Virus record (IMG/VR): IMGVR_UViG_3300045988_120820
Location: 64,001 to 128,000 of that record
Direction: 5' to 3' (one strand)
Length of the DNA stretch: 64,000 nucleotides
DNA from: a virus
Shown here: in pieces, positions 63,788 through 64,000 of the stretch
How the letters are laid out: each line of letters opens with the position of its first letter
Position numbering within the stretch: the first letter of the stretch is position 1
Position numbers and translations under genes: made by a program
The notes under the pieces: generated by a model
What the model saw: only the letters and a program-made list of their open reading frames with translations
What the model was told of the DNA's origin: nothing
Database searches by the model: none

Positions 63788-64000
63788 GGTATTTCAATGG
63801 TTTGACAAGGTAAAACTAATGGGTTTATATAGATGAATTAACATGAAATGGCGGTATATTATATCTGATTAAACCCGTATTTTCCCATTTATTTCCAATA
63901 TATTAAATATACTATTAAATTCCCATTAAATCAAGTATTAATTTATAAACGTAAAATAACATATTTATAATATCATTTCCCGAGAGTAAGTACAATACGG

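Noticed and set aside
63802-63832. TTGACA-N17-TTATAT promoter-like sequence and scattered TTCCCAT repeats near the right window edge.
   Set aside because: No downstream gene is visible before the window ends, and such hexamers are frequent in AT-rich DNA. Support is insufficient.
1-64000. Search by eye for CRISPR arrays, tRNA/rRNA genes, integrase/att sites, reverse transcriptase/DGR repeats, and toxin-antitoxin or known defence-system gene pairs.
   Set aside because: No regularly spaced repeat-spacer structure was found. No cloverleaf-like GC-rich segments lie in the intergenic regions. No tyrosine or serine recombinase, RT or recognisable defence ATPase/nuclease pair motifs appear in any ORF. 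tRNA absence in particular should be confirmed with a dedicated scanner.

Overview
Very AT-rich, Clostridium-like (low-GC Firmicute) tailed-phage genome segment that also carries a plasmid-type replication and maintenance module. It looks like a siphovirus-type phage-plasmid. Layout: 1-3383 (+) holds early/DNA-metabolism genes (DUF3310-like, RecU-like resolvase, dUTPase, small ORFs). 3535-58049 (-) is one long leftward gene array. In transcription order it runs: regulators (AP2-like, sigma-r4/Zn-ribbon protein, HU-like, metallophosphatase), small and large terminase, portal, S8 protease, scaffold, major capsid, connectors, major tail protein, an inserted ~7.5-kb receptor-binding/depolymerase island, tail chaperones, a giant tape measure, Dit, Tal, a second fibre/enzymatic RBP module, and a BhlA-like/holin/amidase lysis cassette. 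58.1-63.8 kb holds repeated promoter/operator elements, a Rep_3-type initiator with 18-bp iterons, a candidate sRNA, an FtsK/SpoIIIE ATPase and a Replication-relaxation-type protein. The most striking observation is six group-I-like intervening sequences interrupting three essential late genes: four in the tape measure gene, one in the major capsid gene and one in the large terminase gene. They fall into two sequence families, and two of them carry LAGLIDADG homing-endonuclease ORFs. Two paralogous free-standing Zn-ribbon/PD-(D/E)xK-type endonuclease genes also sit inside the structural operon. No integrase, CRISPR array, rRNA or tRNA was seen. All family assignments are by-eye motif recognition and no database search was run. 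Splice junctions were inferred from reading frame, U/G splice rules and intron-to-intron alignment, and need RNA evidence.
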